Position numbers and translations under genes: made by a program. Shown one piece after another: positions 29,909-38,985 of a stretch of DNA of 64,000 nucleotides (position 1 is its first letter; each line of letters begins with the position of its first letter). A model generated the notes under the pieces. It searched no databases. It was not told the origin of the DNA and saw only the letters and a list, made by a program, of their open reading frames with translations. The DNA is taken from assembly GCA_963733035.1 (NCBI GenBank), contig CAVTBU010000004.1:64001-128000 (forward strand). The letters run 5' to 3'. The DNA comes from Pirellulales bacterium. Its GTDB lineage: Bacteria; Planctomycetota; Planctomycetia; Pirellulales; PALSA-1355.

Positions 29909-31360
29909 ATGCACGTCGATACGCCACAGACTCATTGCCTGGCGGCCGCGGCTCGGCGAGACATCACGCCGCCGGTGGGAATCTATCATCGGATGTGGGG
30001 TGCCGCGACGCACGACCGCTCGATCGGCGTGCATCGACCGCTGACATGCACGGCGCTCGCACTCGCGCCGGACGAGGGAAAGCAGCCGACGGCGAAAACG
30101 GCCGTGCAAGTCGTCGTGGCAGTAGATCACTGTTTGCTCTGGAACGACGACATGCAGGCGCTCAGCGAGCGCGTTTGTCGTGCAACGGACCTGGAGCGCA
30201 GCCAACTGCAAATCGCCTTCTCGCACACGCACGGCGCGGGCTTGATGGACTCATCGCGGGCCGACTTGCCCGGCGGCGAATTGATCGGGCCGTACCTGGC
30301 CTTGCTGGCAACGACGATCGGCGACGCGGTCAACCAGGCGGTCAACTCACTCGCGCCGGCGGGCATCGTTTACGGCGCGGGGCATTGCCGTTTGGCAGCC
30401 AACCGCGATTTTCGCGACACCGAAAACGGATTGTACGTTTGTGGTTTCAATCCGCAGGGTGACGCCGACGATACGGTTGTCGTCGCTCGTGTCACAGACG
30501 CGCGGCAGCGGGTAATTGCGACCGTGGTAAACTATGCGTGCCATCCGACGACACTTGCTTGGGACAACACTCTGATCAGTCCTGACTATGTCGGTGCAAT
30601 GCGCGAGGTGATTGAAAACGCCACGGACGGGGTCCCTTGCGTGTTTCTGCAGGGAGCTTCCGGCGACCTGGGACCGCACCGCGGATTCGTCGGCGACCCG
30701 GCCGTCGCCGATCGAAACGGCCGCGAGCTGGGGTACGCGGCGCTGGCCGCGCTCGAATCGCTACCCGCCGCCGGAACTCGCTATGAATACGCCGGACCCG
30801 TCGTCTCGGGCGCCACGATCGGCATGTGGAGCGACCGTCCGCTGCCGAACGACGATCTGTGCCAAAAGTATCGTTGGCAGGTCGAAACGCTCGAGATCCC
30901 TTTGCCCTACCGACCCGACCTGCCGAACCGCGAACACACCGAGGAGGAACTGGCGCGCTGGATGCGCGAGGAGCATCAGGCGAAACAAGCTGGCGACGCG
31001 GCGCTGGCGCGGGATTGTCGTGCGCAGATCGAACGCATGACCCGGCAACTCAGCCGACTGCGTGCCCTGCCGCCGGGAGACTCGGCCACGGTTCGCGCGG
31101 TCCTATGGCGGTTGGGAGATGCGCTGTGGGTGTTGGTCGCCGGCGAGCACTATCAAACGCTGCAGCGCAGCCTGCGCGAGCGATTTTCCGATCGTCCGCT
31201 CATTGTTGCCACGGTTACCAACGGCTGGCTCCCCGGTTATTTGCCGACGGCCGAGACGTACGGCCAGGGAATATATCAAGAGTCGATTGCGGTCGTTGCC
31301 GCGGGCTCGCTGGAACGGTTGATTGAATTGCTGGCGCACGAGCTTGAGCGGCTCTTGTAG
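29909..31360 (+). CDS. Neutral/alkaline ceramidase N-terminal-domain family protein
   Basis: DITPP, SHTHG, NYACHPT, SPDYVG and FLQGASGD motifs. Confidence 0.75.
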   Translation: MHVDTPQTHCLAAAARRDITPPVGIYHRMWGAATHDRSIGVHRPLTCTALALAPDEGKQPTAKTAVQVVVAVDHCLLWNDDMQALSERVCRATDLERSQLQIAFSHTHGAGLMDSSRADLPGGELIGPYLALLATTIGDAVNQAVNSLAPAGIVYGAGHCRLAANRDFRDTENGLYVCGFNPQGDADDTVVVARVTDARQRVIATVVNYACHPTTLAWDNTLISPDYVGAMREVIENATDGVPCVFLQGASGDLGPHRGFVGDPAVADRNGRELGYAALAALESLPAAGTRYEYAGPVVSGATIGMWSDRPLPNDDLCQKYRWQVETLEIPLPYRPDLPNREHTEEELARWMREEHQAKQAGDAALARDCRAQIERMTRQLSRLRALPPGDSATVRAVLWRLGDALWVLVAGEHYQTLQRSLRERFSDRPLIVATVTNGWLPGYLPTAETYGQGIYQESIAVVAAGSLERLIELLAHELERLL

Positions 31361-31379
31361 TGTGCCGCCGGACGGCGAC

Positions 31380-31400
31380 TGCCGCCGCCCATCGGCGGCA
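31380..31400. terminator. Hairpin between convergent genes
   Basis: TGCCGCCG-CCCAT-CGGCGGCA. Confidence 0.5.
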
Positions 31401-31471
31401 AATGCACGACGTCGAGGAACTCGGTAAATCGGCAGCATCCTGCGCAATCTGATCGCGCAGTCGGCGCCATT

Positions 31472-32350
31472 TTACTTTGCGTACTGCAGCACCGCCGTCA
31501 CTGGAAAGTGATCGGATGGGTATCGGCCATCGCGACTAGCACGGTCGATCGTCGCCTCGATCGGCTTGAAGGCGGGCGACGCCAGGATGAAGTCGATCCG
31601 CCCCCCTCGCGTGCGCCCCTTAAATCCGTTGAACGTGGCTTCTTCCTCGTCGGCCATCGGATGCAGCTGCCGGTAGACGTCGAGGAACTTCAGCGAGTCC
31701 GTCTCGGAAGTCATCAGGGCCCGCAGACCCGGGTGAGTTTCGTTGACGTTAAAATCGCCCGTGATGATCGTCGGCTGGTTGGCGGCTTTCTCGCCCATCC
31801 AGGTATGAATGATCTTGCCCGACTCGATGCGGGCCTGGTTGCCGACGTGATCCCAGTGCGTATTGAGAAAGACGATCTCGCGGCCATCCGACTGCACGTC
31901 GCGGAGCTTGGCCCAGGTGGCCACGCGCGGCAGCGAGCTATCCCAGCTTTTGCTGCCAGGCTTGCGCGGCGTTTCGCTCAGCCAGAACGTGCCCGAGGAG
32001 ACGGGCTGGAAGCGGTCCCTTTTATAGAACAGCGACGAAAACTCGCCGCGTCGTTGGCCGTCGTCGCGCCCCACGCCAATCATCTCGTACTCGGGGAGCC
32101 GCTCGCACAGAAAGTCAGCCTGAAAGTCCAGCACTTCCTGGGTGCCGAGCAGATCCGGCTTGAAATTGCGAATCGTCTCCACGACCAGTTCCTGGCGGTT
32201 CTTCCAGGCATTGTCGCCATCGCCGGCCGTGCCGTAGCGGATGTTGAACGTCATCACGCGGACACTTGGGCCGACGGCAAAGGTCGCGCTGCTTGCGCAC
32301 ATGGCAATAACAAACATGGTCAGCCGGCAGGCGGAATCAAAGTAGCTCAC
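31472..32350 (-). CDS. Endonuclease/exonuclease/phosphatase family protein
   Basis: MTFNIRY, GTQE, NTHWDH, GDFN, IDFI and SDHFPV motifs; GAGGAG SD before GTG. Confidence 0.92.
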   Translation of the reverse strand: MSYFDSACRLTMFVIAMCASSATFAVGPSVRVMTFNIRYGTAGDGDNAWKNRQELVVETIRNFKPDLLGTQEVLDFQADFLCERLPEYEMIGVGRDDGQRRGEFSSLFYKRDRFQPVSSGTFWLSETPRKPGSKSWDSSLPRVATWAKLRDVQSDGREIVFLNTHWDHVGNQARIESGKIIHTWMGEKAANQPTIITGDFNVNETHPGLRALMTSETDSLKFLDVYRQLHPMADEEEATFNGFKGRTRGGRIDFILASPAFKPIEATIDRASRDGRYPSDHFPVTAVLQYAK

Positions 32351-32405
32351 GGCTGTCTCCTCAGTGGAAGCGATATACACCGGCGGTCGCGGCACCGACA
32401 AGCAC

Positions 32406-33509
32406 TCAGCCCTCGGCCACTTCGACGTAGACCTTCAGCGCGTCCTGGTCTTCAACCAGAGCCTTCATCATTTGACCGTAGTTTTCCAGGCCCTCGATCG
32501 GCGTGGTTAAAATGCGCTGGATCACACCAGGAAACATGACCTCGCCGAGGGCCATGTCTTTGATGCCCATCTCGAAGTGTTCGCGGTTCGCGTTAACCGA
32601 TCCGAGCAGTAGCTTATTGCCCAGCACCCAGTCGAGATTGACCTTGTCGGACGGAACTTCAACGTGCTGGCGGCCGCCGGTGACACTCGTCCACACGAGC
32701 ACGCCGTTGTGACCCAACAGTTGCATGCAGCCGAAAGCAATCGCGCTGCTGCCGGTGGCGTCGATGATCAGATCGGCCTTGCCAGCCTTCTCCGGCATCG
32801 CATCGAGAGGCACCTGCCGCGTGCTGACGTAGTGAGCTCCCATCGCTTCGACAATTTCTGATTTGAGCGACGGGCCCTCGCCGCGAGCCAACGTGTAGAC
32901 TTCCAGCCCACGCAGGCGCAGCGCCAACGTCGTCAGCAGGCCGATCTGTCCGGCCCCCATCACATACGCAATTTGTGGCCGCCAGACGCGCAGACGGCGC
33001 TGCACCTCGAACGCCTGCTGCACGGCCTTGGTCGCGCAGCTCATCGGTTCGGCCAGTACATGCAGATGTTTCAGTCCCGCGGGCATGCGGACAATGAATT
33101 CGGCATCGTCGACGTAGTGTTCAGTGAGGAAGCCGTGCAGCAGGTTGATGCCGCGCTCGTAGTACGTCTCCTCGCTGGTCATGTCCGAGGTACCGATCTG
33201 GTCGTAGATCGAACCGCCGGGCCGGCGAACCGTGGCAGTGACATAGTCGCCCGGCTTCACGTGGCGAACGCCGGGGCCAACAGCTTCGACGATGCCAAAC
33301 GATTCGTGCCCCAACACCAGAAAGTCGTAGCCTGGCGGCGAGGCGCCGTATTTGGCTTCGTTGATTTCTCGGTCGGTGGCGTCGACACCGACCTTGAGCA
33401 CGCGCACCAGCACGCCGCGGCCCCGGGGCACGTCATCCACGCGCGGCTTGGGCAACTCGGTCAAGTGGACGCTGTTCGGGTTTCCGGGTGTAACGGCGAC
33501 AGCTTTCAT
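32406..33509 (-). CDS. Zinc-dependent glucose 1-dehydrogenase-like protein (archaeal-type MDR)
   Basis: VGVDATD, LGHES.G, TVRRP, ERGI...HGF, GAGQIG and GSVNA motifs. Confidence 0.85.
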   Translation of the reverse strand: MKAVAVTPGNPNSVHLTELPKPRVDDVPRGRGVLVRVLKVGVDATDREINEAKYGASPPGYDFLVLGHESFGIVEAVGPGVRHVKPGDYVTATVRRPGGSIYDQIGTSDMTSEETYYERGINLLHGFLTEHYVDDAEFIVRMPAGLKHLHVLAEPMSCATKAVQQAFEVQRRLRVWRPQIAYVMGAGQIGLLTTLALRLRGLEVYTLARGEGPSLKSEIVEAMGAHYVSTRQVPLDAMPEKAGKADLIIDATGSSAIAFGCMQLLGHNGVLVWTSVTGGRQHVEVPSDKVNLDWVLGNKLLLGSVNANREHFEMGIKDMALGEVMFPGVIQRILTTPIEGLENYGQMMKALVEDQDALKVYVEVAEG

Positions 33510-33815
33510 GCAATTAAACCAGGGGAGTAGAGGCGCGGAAACTAGGCGACAGGTCGCCGGCCTGACGACTGCACGGACAGCCCAAAAAATCGTGCCGTCG
33601 CGAGTCAACAGCCTAGCCGCTGGCCGGGCGATGTCAACGCGGCCAGAGATCTCAGCCCAAGTGGCACGGCGCTTTCGACTAACCGCACCAAGTTCAATGA
33701 CCGATAACCAGCTTATCAAGGCCGCGCGACACCCTCGACAGATCTGGCAGACCACGCTAGCTTGGGAGGCGATGGCTTTTGGGCGGAACCGCGTTCGAAC
33801 CGGGAGGCTCGCAGC

Positions 33816-34214
33816 ATGCCGGCAACTACGATTGGTTTTGGCGCGGTGTTGTGCGCAATCGGGCTATGGGGTTACTTTGGCGCCGCGCCCGACAAGCAAA
33901 GCCTCACGGCGTTCATCCCAACCGCTTTCGGCGCGGTATTGATCCTGTGTGGCATCCTGGCCTTCAATGCCAAATTGCTCAAGCACGCCATGCACGCCGC
34001 CGCGGGCGTGGGGCTATTGGGATTCCTGGCAGCCGCCGGGCGTGGCCTGCCGAAGCTCGGTAACGCGATTTCCGACGATCCCGAGTTCAACCGCGCACCG
34101 CGATTAGTGCTGCTGATGGCGCTGGTTTGTCTGGTGTTTGTCGGCACGTGCGTCTGGTCGTTCATTTCCGCACGGCGGCGTCGGGCTGCCGGTGGCAGCG
34201 AAGCGACTGGCTAG
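33816..34214 (+). CDS. Small four-TM membrane protein
   Basis: Hydrophobic helices; S.TAFIP.AFG and KHAMH motifs. Confidence 0.75.
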   Translation: MPATTIGFGAVLCAIGLWGYFGAAPDKQSLTAFIPTAFGAVLILCGILAFNAKLLKHAMHAAAGVGLLGFLAAAGRGLPKLGNAISDDPEFNRAPRLVLLMALVCLVFVGTCVWSFISARRRRAAGGSEATG

Positions 34215-34263
34215 GAAAACACTATACGGTGTTGATCAGCGCCGTGCCGCGCAACCGAAGCGA

Positions 34264-35672
34264 TCAGATCAACTCTCGAATCGGCTCGCCTGCTTCGACG
34301 TAGTAGCGCGGCCGACCGCGGTTGTCGAGATAGGTTCCATCGAGTGGCACGCCCATGTGCCGATAGATGGTCGCCGCCAAATCGCCCGGCGTGACGGGGC
34401 GATGCTTGATTTGTCCGCCGTCGCGCTCGGTGGCGCCAATGACCTGGCCATGCCGCATGCCACCGCCGGCCAGGGTCATCGACATCACGACCGGCCAGTG
34501 ATCGCGGCCGTCGGTGCTACCCTGCGTGCCAAGCCGCGGCGTGCGACCGAATTCTCCCATCGCCATCACGAGCACGTCGTCGAGCAGGCCGCGCTCTTCG
34601 AGGTCGCTCACCAGTGTTGTCAGTAAGTGATCGAACACCGGCAATAGCGGCCGCAGTCCGTTCCAGATGCCGCCATACGGCGGAATGTTATCGCCGTGCG
34701 TGTCCCAGGTGCCCGAGGCGCCGTGATTGCTCAGGTCGATCGTCACGTAGCTGACGCCGGCCTCGACGAGCCGCCGGGCGAGCAGTGCCTGTTGACACCA
34801 ATCGTGTGACCCGTACCGCTCGCGAACGGCCATCGGTTCGCGCCCGAGGTCGAACACTTCCTGCGCCTGTTGTCCGGTGACGATGTCGATCGCCTGTTGT
34901 TCGAAGCGATCGACCGCGGCCATCGACCCGCTCAGGTCCAGGTCGCGCCGCAGGCGGTCAAACTGTTGGACCAGGTCGTGCCGCGTGCGGATGCGCTGCT
35001 GGTCGAGGCCGCTCGGCAGTGAAAACAACGAGCTGGCCTGATTTCCCAGAAACGGGTCGAACTCCTTGCCCAAGTAGCCAGCCCAGGCCACGTGCGACCG
35101 CGATTTCATATTCAGCACCACGCTCGGCGGCATCGCGCGGTTGGCGGCTCCGCGATGCCGGGCGACAATCGAGGCAATGGCCGGGAACTTGTCCCCTTCC
35201 AATTGATTGACGCGCGGGGCGGCCGCCCGATTGCCGGTCTGGAATACCTGGTTGGGTTCATGGTTGCTGAAGCGCGCGTCGACCGAGCGAATGATGGTTA
35301 ATTTGTCCATTAGCGCCGCCTGCTTGGGCAGGTACTCGCAGAGCCGCACGCCCGGCAGCTTGCTGGCGATCGTGCCGAACGGGCCGCGGATTTCCGGCGG
35401 CGCGTCCGGCTTGACGTCCCAGGTGTCGATGTGGCTGGGGCCACCGGTCATCCAAATCAGAATGACGCTCTTGTTGCCGGGAAGCGGCTCTCCGGCGTCA
35501 GCCGCGGCGCTGCGCGCCGAAGTAGATCGCCGAAAGACAAGCCGGCGATGCCCGCCAGGCCGGCCTTCAGGACGCTGCGACGGCTGAAGGCCGCCAGCCC
35601 GTCGCGCCATCGCGCGTTCAAAAAACCAAAGGCATGACCCGCCGACGGCGGGTGAGGCAGGTGGGGGTTCAT
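34264..35672 (-). CDS. DUF1501 family protein with a Tat-like N-terminus; apparent frameshift near 35510
   Basis: SRRSVLKAG; GGPSHIDTWD, LLARRLVEAGV, WDTH, GEFGRTP and GRDHW motifs. Confidence 0.9.
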
Positions 35673-35775
35673 GGACGGGTATTGTAGCCTATCGGCCGCG
35701 AGAGCCCAAACGCAGACTGTTGGCGTGATCAAAAATCGCCAACTCTGCCAGAATCGCAGCCCTCGGATGATTTGC

Positions 35776-36240
35776 TTAATTCCGGTTGATCTTCTTCAGC
35801 AGCGAGATCTGGCCGGCGTGGTAGATGTTGTGCTGGATGATCCCGTGCAGGGCGACATACGTTTTCGACATGTTTTCGATGATGGGCATTTCTAGCCGAG
35901 CTTCGTCGAGCGCCATCACCTCGTCTCGCAACTGGGAGTTGGCGCGTCGCAAATCGCGCAAGGCGTCTTGCCAGGCGCCTTCGCTAGTGTGTCGCACCTC
36001 AGGCCAGTCGTCGCCCGGGCCGGGCCGAACTCCTTCGCCCTGCAGCCAGCGCCGCACGGTGTCTTGCCAGAAGGTGAGATGCAAGACGATTTGCCAAATC
36101 GAATGCGCGCCGGCCGGCGAGTTGGCAGCGGCCAGGTCGGCATCGACCCCGTCGAGGGCTTCATCGACCGCCGGCCCGTGAAACGCTCTCCCCTCGAAAG
36201 TCCGCTGCAATTGCTTGGCGATCCGATGCACTTCGCTCAT
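35776..36240 (-). CDS. DinB family protein
   Basis: HSIWQIVLH and GIIQHNIYHAGQI motifs. Confidence 0.9.
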   Translation of the reverse strand: MSEVHRIAKQLQRTFEGRAFHGPAVDEALDGVDADLAAANSPAGAHSIWQIVLHLTFWQDTVRRWLQGEGVRPGPGDDWPEVRHTSEGAWQDALRDLRRANSQLRDEVMALDEARLEMPIIENMSKTYVALHGIIQHNIYHAGQISLLKKINRN

Positions 36241-36281
36241 GTATTCATCCACCTACAAAAAACCGGTCGCTTCAAGATATC

Positions 36282-37130
36282 CTACGGATCGTGACGATTG
36301 ATGAACTCTACCAGTGAGTCAATGTACTGACGCGGCATGTAACCGGCCATGATGGCCGTTAGATGCGACTTGCCCGGCAAGACGACAGCCTGAAAGTCGG
36401 CCAGTTCGCGTTGCATGCGATGCGTCTTGGCATTCGGCCGATCGAACTCGCCGTTGATGGCTAGCACCGGAATCGTGATCTTCGTCAGATCGAGCGTGGG
36501 CCGCTCGCCCGGCTTCCAGTCGTATTGTCGCACGGCGGCCAAAGCCTCTTCGTCGCGATCGGGACGGGCCGACAGCTTCTTCGACGCCTCGGCCTCTTGC
36601 GGGTCCGGCCCTGGCCTATCCTCGGGCACTTGCGAGATGTATGCCTGCTCGACTTCCGGCACGCCCGACCCACCGTACGATGCCGTGATGAATCGCTCGG
36701 GATGGGTGGCCAACAGCTGCGAGACAATGAAACCACCCATCGAGTAACCGTGAACATGCGCCTTGTCGATGTGCAAGTGATCCATCAGTTCAACGACGTC
36801 CTCGGCCATGTGCGGTCCGTACTTGGCCGGATCGTGTGGCTTGTCACTTTCGCCGTGTCCGCGGCAATCGATGGCCACCACGCGATGATTCTTGGCGAGC
36901 GCGTCGGCGACGCCGTTGGCAAACCAATTACCCCGCGCCGATCCAGTGTAGCCGTGGATCAGGACGACGGGAGTACCCTTGCCGGCTTCGAGGTAATGAA
37001 TCTTCACGCCATCGGAGGCCGTGAACGAGCCGTCAATGGGTTCAAGCCCAGCGGCCTGCCGCCCGACCAACATCACGCCGACGATCAGCCACAGTCCGCC
37101 GATTAGCAGCCACCGCCTGTCGATTTGCAT
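36282..37130 (-). CDS. Secreted alpha/beta hydrolase
   Basis: LIHG, D.RGHGES, GYSMGG and GEFD...H motifs. Confidence 0.9.
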   Translation of the reverse strand: MQIDRRWLLIGGLWLIVGVMLVGRQAAGLEPIDGSFTASDGVKIHYLEAGKGTPVVLIHGYTGSARGNWFANGVADALAKNHRVVAIDCRGHGESDKPHDPAKYGPHMAEDVVELMDHLHIDKAHVHGYSMGGFIVSQLLATHPERFITASYGGSGVPEVEQAYISQVPEDRPGPDPQEAEASKKLSARPDRDEEALAAVRQYDWKPGERPTLDLTKITIPVLAINGEFDRPNAKTHRMQRELADFQAVVLPGKSHLTAIMAGYMPRQYIDSLVEFINRHDP

Positions 37131-37354
37131 CGCCGCCGCCTTTCCGCGCCGCATCGTGCCGCTAAATGCATGAGAACTTGCCCGAGACGATTTTCCCGCC
37201 GGAGGAGTGAAAAAGCAAGATTTCTCTATTTGACGCGCAAAACGCTCCGCGGCCAGGGATCTGTCGAAAGTTGACCCGGGCAGCCGCGGTAGACTAAGTT
37301 TGCGGTGGAACGGTTGGGTGCCTTTCAGTTCTTGCGGATGAGGAAACTCTTGCC

Positions 37355-37977
37355 ATGTTGCGCGCCAGCTTTGTGATCGGACTGCTCGTTCTTTTCAGCG
37401 CGTCGGCCACGGCCGGCAAATACAACTCGGTGCTCAACATTGGCGACGCGGCGCCGGCCTGGAACAACTTGCCAGGCGTCGACGGCAAGCAGCATTCGCT
37501 CTCGGACCTGGCCGACAAGGACCTGGTCGTCGTGGTCTTTACATGCAACAGTTGTCCGGTGGCCACCGACTACGAGGATCGGATTCTGGACTTCTCAAGG
37601 AAATACGCGGGCCCTAAGGGAAAAGTCGGGTTGGTGGCGATCTGCGTCAATCAAATCCCCGAAGACCGGCTTCCCAAGATGAAAGAGCGGGCTGAATCGA
37701 AGGGGTTTGATTTCCCCTACCTTTACGACGAGTCGCAAAAGATCGGTAAGGAGTACGGCGCGGCCTTCACTCCTGAGTTCTTTGTTCTCGACAAGAGTCG
37801 TAAAGTCGTCTACATGGGTGGGATGGACGACAGCAGCAATCCAGAGATGGTGAAAAATCAGTATCTGGAACCGGCCGTCGAAGCGGCTCTGACGGGTGGC
37901 GCCCGGAAACGGCCGAGGCGCCGGCCATTGGCTGCCGCGTGCGCTATGCCCGCCAGCGGAGAAGCCGGGCGAACTAG
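37355..37977 (+). CDS. Exported thioredoxin-family (AhpC/TSA-like) protein; apparent frameshift near 37901
   Basis: CNSCP, FPYLYDESQ and TPEFFV motifs; one added base restores the C-terminal AIGCRVRY. Confidence 0.88.
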
Positions 37978-38115
37978 ATTTGGCGTGCTCTGCGCGTCCT
38001 TCCCAAAAGCGGCGCAGCCCCCCAAATACCGCCAGCTTCGCGATTTCCCGAGAAGTCACTCTGACGACGATCGGACTGAGCGGCGACGCGCGCCAAAAAT
38101 TTGGGCCCTCTTTGC

Positions 38116-38217
38116 TTGACAGATTTCGCGTTTTCGTCTTAAATCAAAACAGAATCAGAATTCTAGTTCAAAGCCGCTCAATTCTCGGCCGAATTCACTA
38201 TTTAGAATTCGTGTTCT
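38116..38217 (+). promoter_or_regulatory. Sigma-70 promoter and two palindromic operators upstream of the TetR gene
   Basis: TTGACA-N17-TTAAAT; AGAAT-CAGA-ATTCT (38151-64) and AGAAT-TCGT-GTTCT (38204-17). Confidence 0.7.
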
Positions 38218-38223
38218 GATTCG

Positions 38224-38928
38224 ATGCCCTGGGAGGTTCCCCCCGACGTGTCACACATGTTGAACAAGGTGGAGTGGGTCAAACCGACTCATCAAGCACG
38301 CAGCCAGGAGACGCTTGAACGCCTGCTGGATGCGGCCGAAGAGTTGGTCTCCGAGCGCGGCTTTGACAATGCCACGGTTTCGGAAATCGTCCGTCGCGCC
38401 AATTCCTCGGTCGGCGCGATGTATGCCCGCTTCAGCGACAAGGACTCGCTGCTGGTCTGCCTACATGAGCGATTTTGCGAACAGGCCTTGGCCACGGCTG
38501 ACATGGCGCTCGATCCGCAGCGTTGGGAGGGCTCGCCAATCGCCGACATCATCACGACGACCGTCCCCTTTCTGGCGCACACCTACTATCACAAGCGGGG
38601 TTTGGTGCGGGCGTTCATTGCTCGATGCGTAAGCGACGACAGCTTCGCCGAGCGCGCCAGCCGCGTGGGCCGCGAAATCTCCGAGAAGTTGATTTCGCTG
38701 TTGTTGGCCCGTCGCGAGGAGATTCGCCACCCCGATCCGATGCTGGCCATCGACTTTGGCCTGCGATTGATATTCGACTCGCTGGATCACGAGACGATGT
38801 ACACCAACTTCCAGCGTGGCAAGATTCGATTCACCAGGGAGCAGTTGGCAGAGGAATTGTCCCGGGCATTTTTAAGCTATCTCGGCGTGGAATCCCCCCA
38901 GGTTTGGCAAAACGGATCCGCTGTTTGA
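38224..38928 (+). CDS. TetR/AcrR family transcriptional regulator
   Basis: QARSQETLERLLDAA..GF..ATVSEI....SSVGAMYARF.DK HTH. Confidence 0.93.
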   Translation: MPWEVPPDVSHMLNKVEWVKPTHQARSQETLERLLDAAEELVSERGFDNATVSEIVRRANSSVGAMYARFSDKDSLLVCLHERFCEQALATADMALDPQRWEGSPIADIITTTVPFLAHTYYHKRGLVRAFIARCVSDDSFAERASRVGREISEKLISLLLARREEIRHPDPMLAIDFGLRLIFDSLDHETMYTNFQRGKIRFTREQLAEELSRAFLSYLGVESPQVWQNGSAV

Positions 38929-38985
38929 CGTGGTGGACGGGTGTTCCGCGCAAAACTCGCACTAAAAAAGGATGGAGGTTGAACG

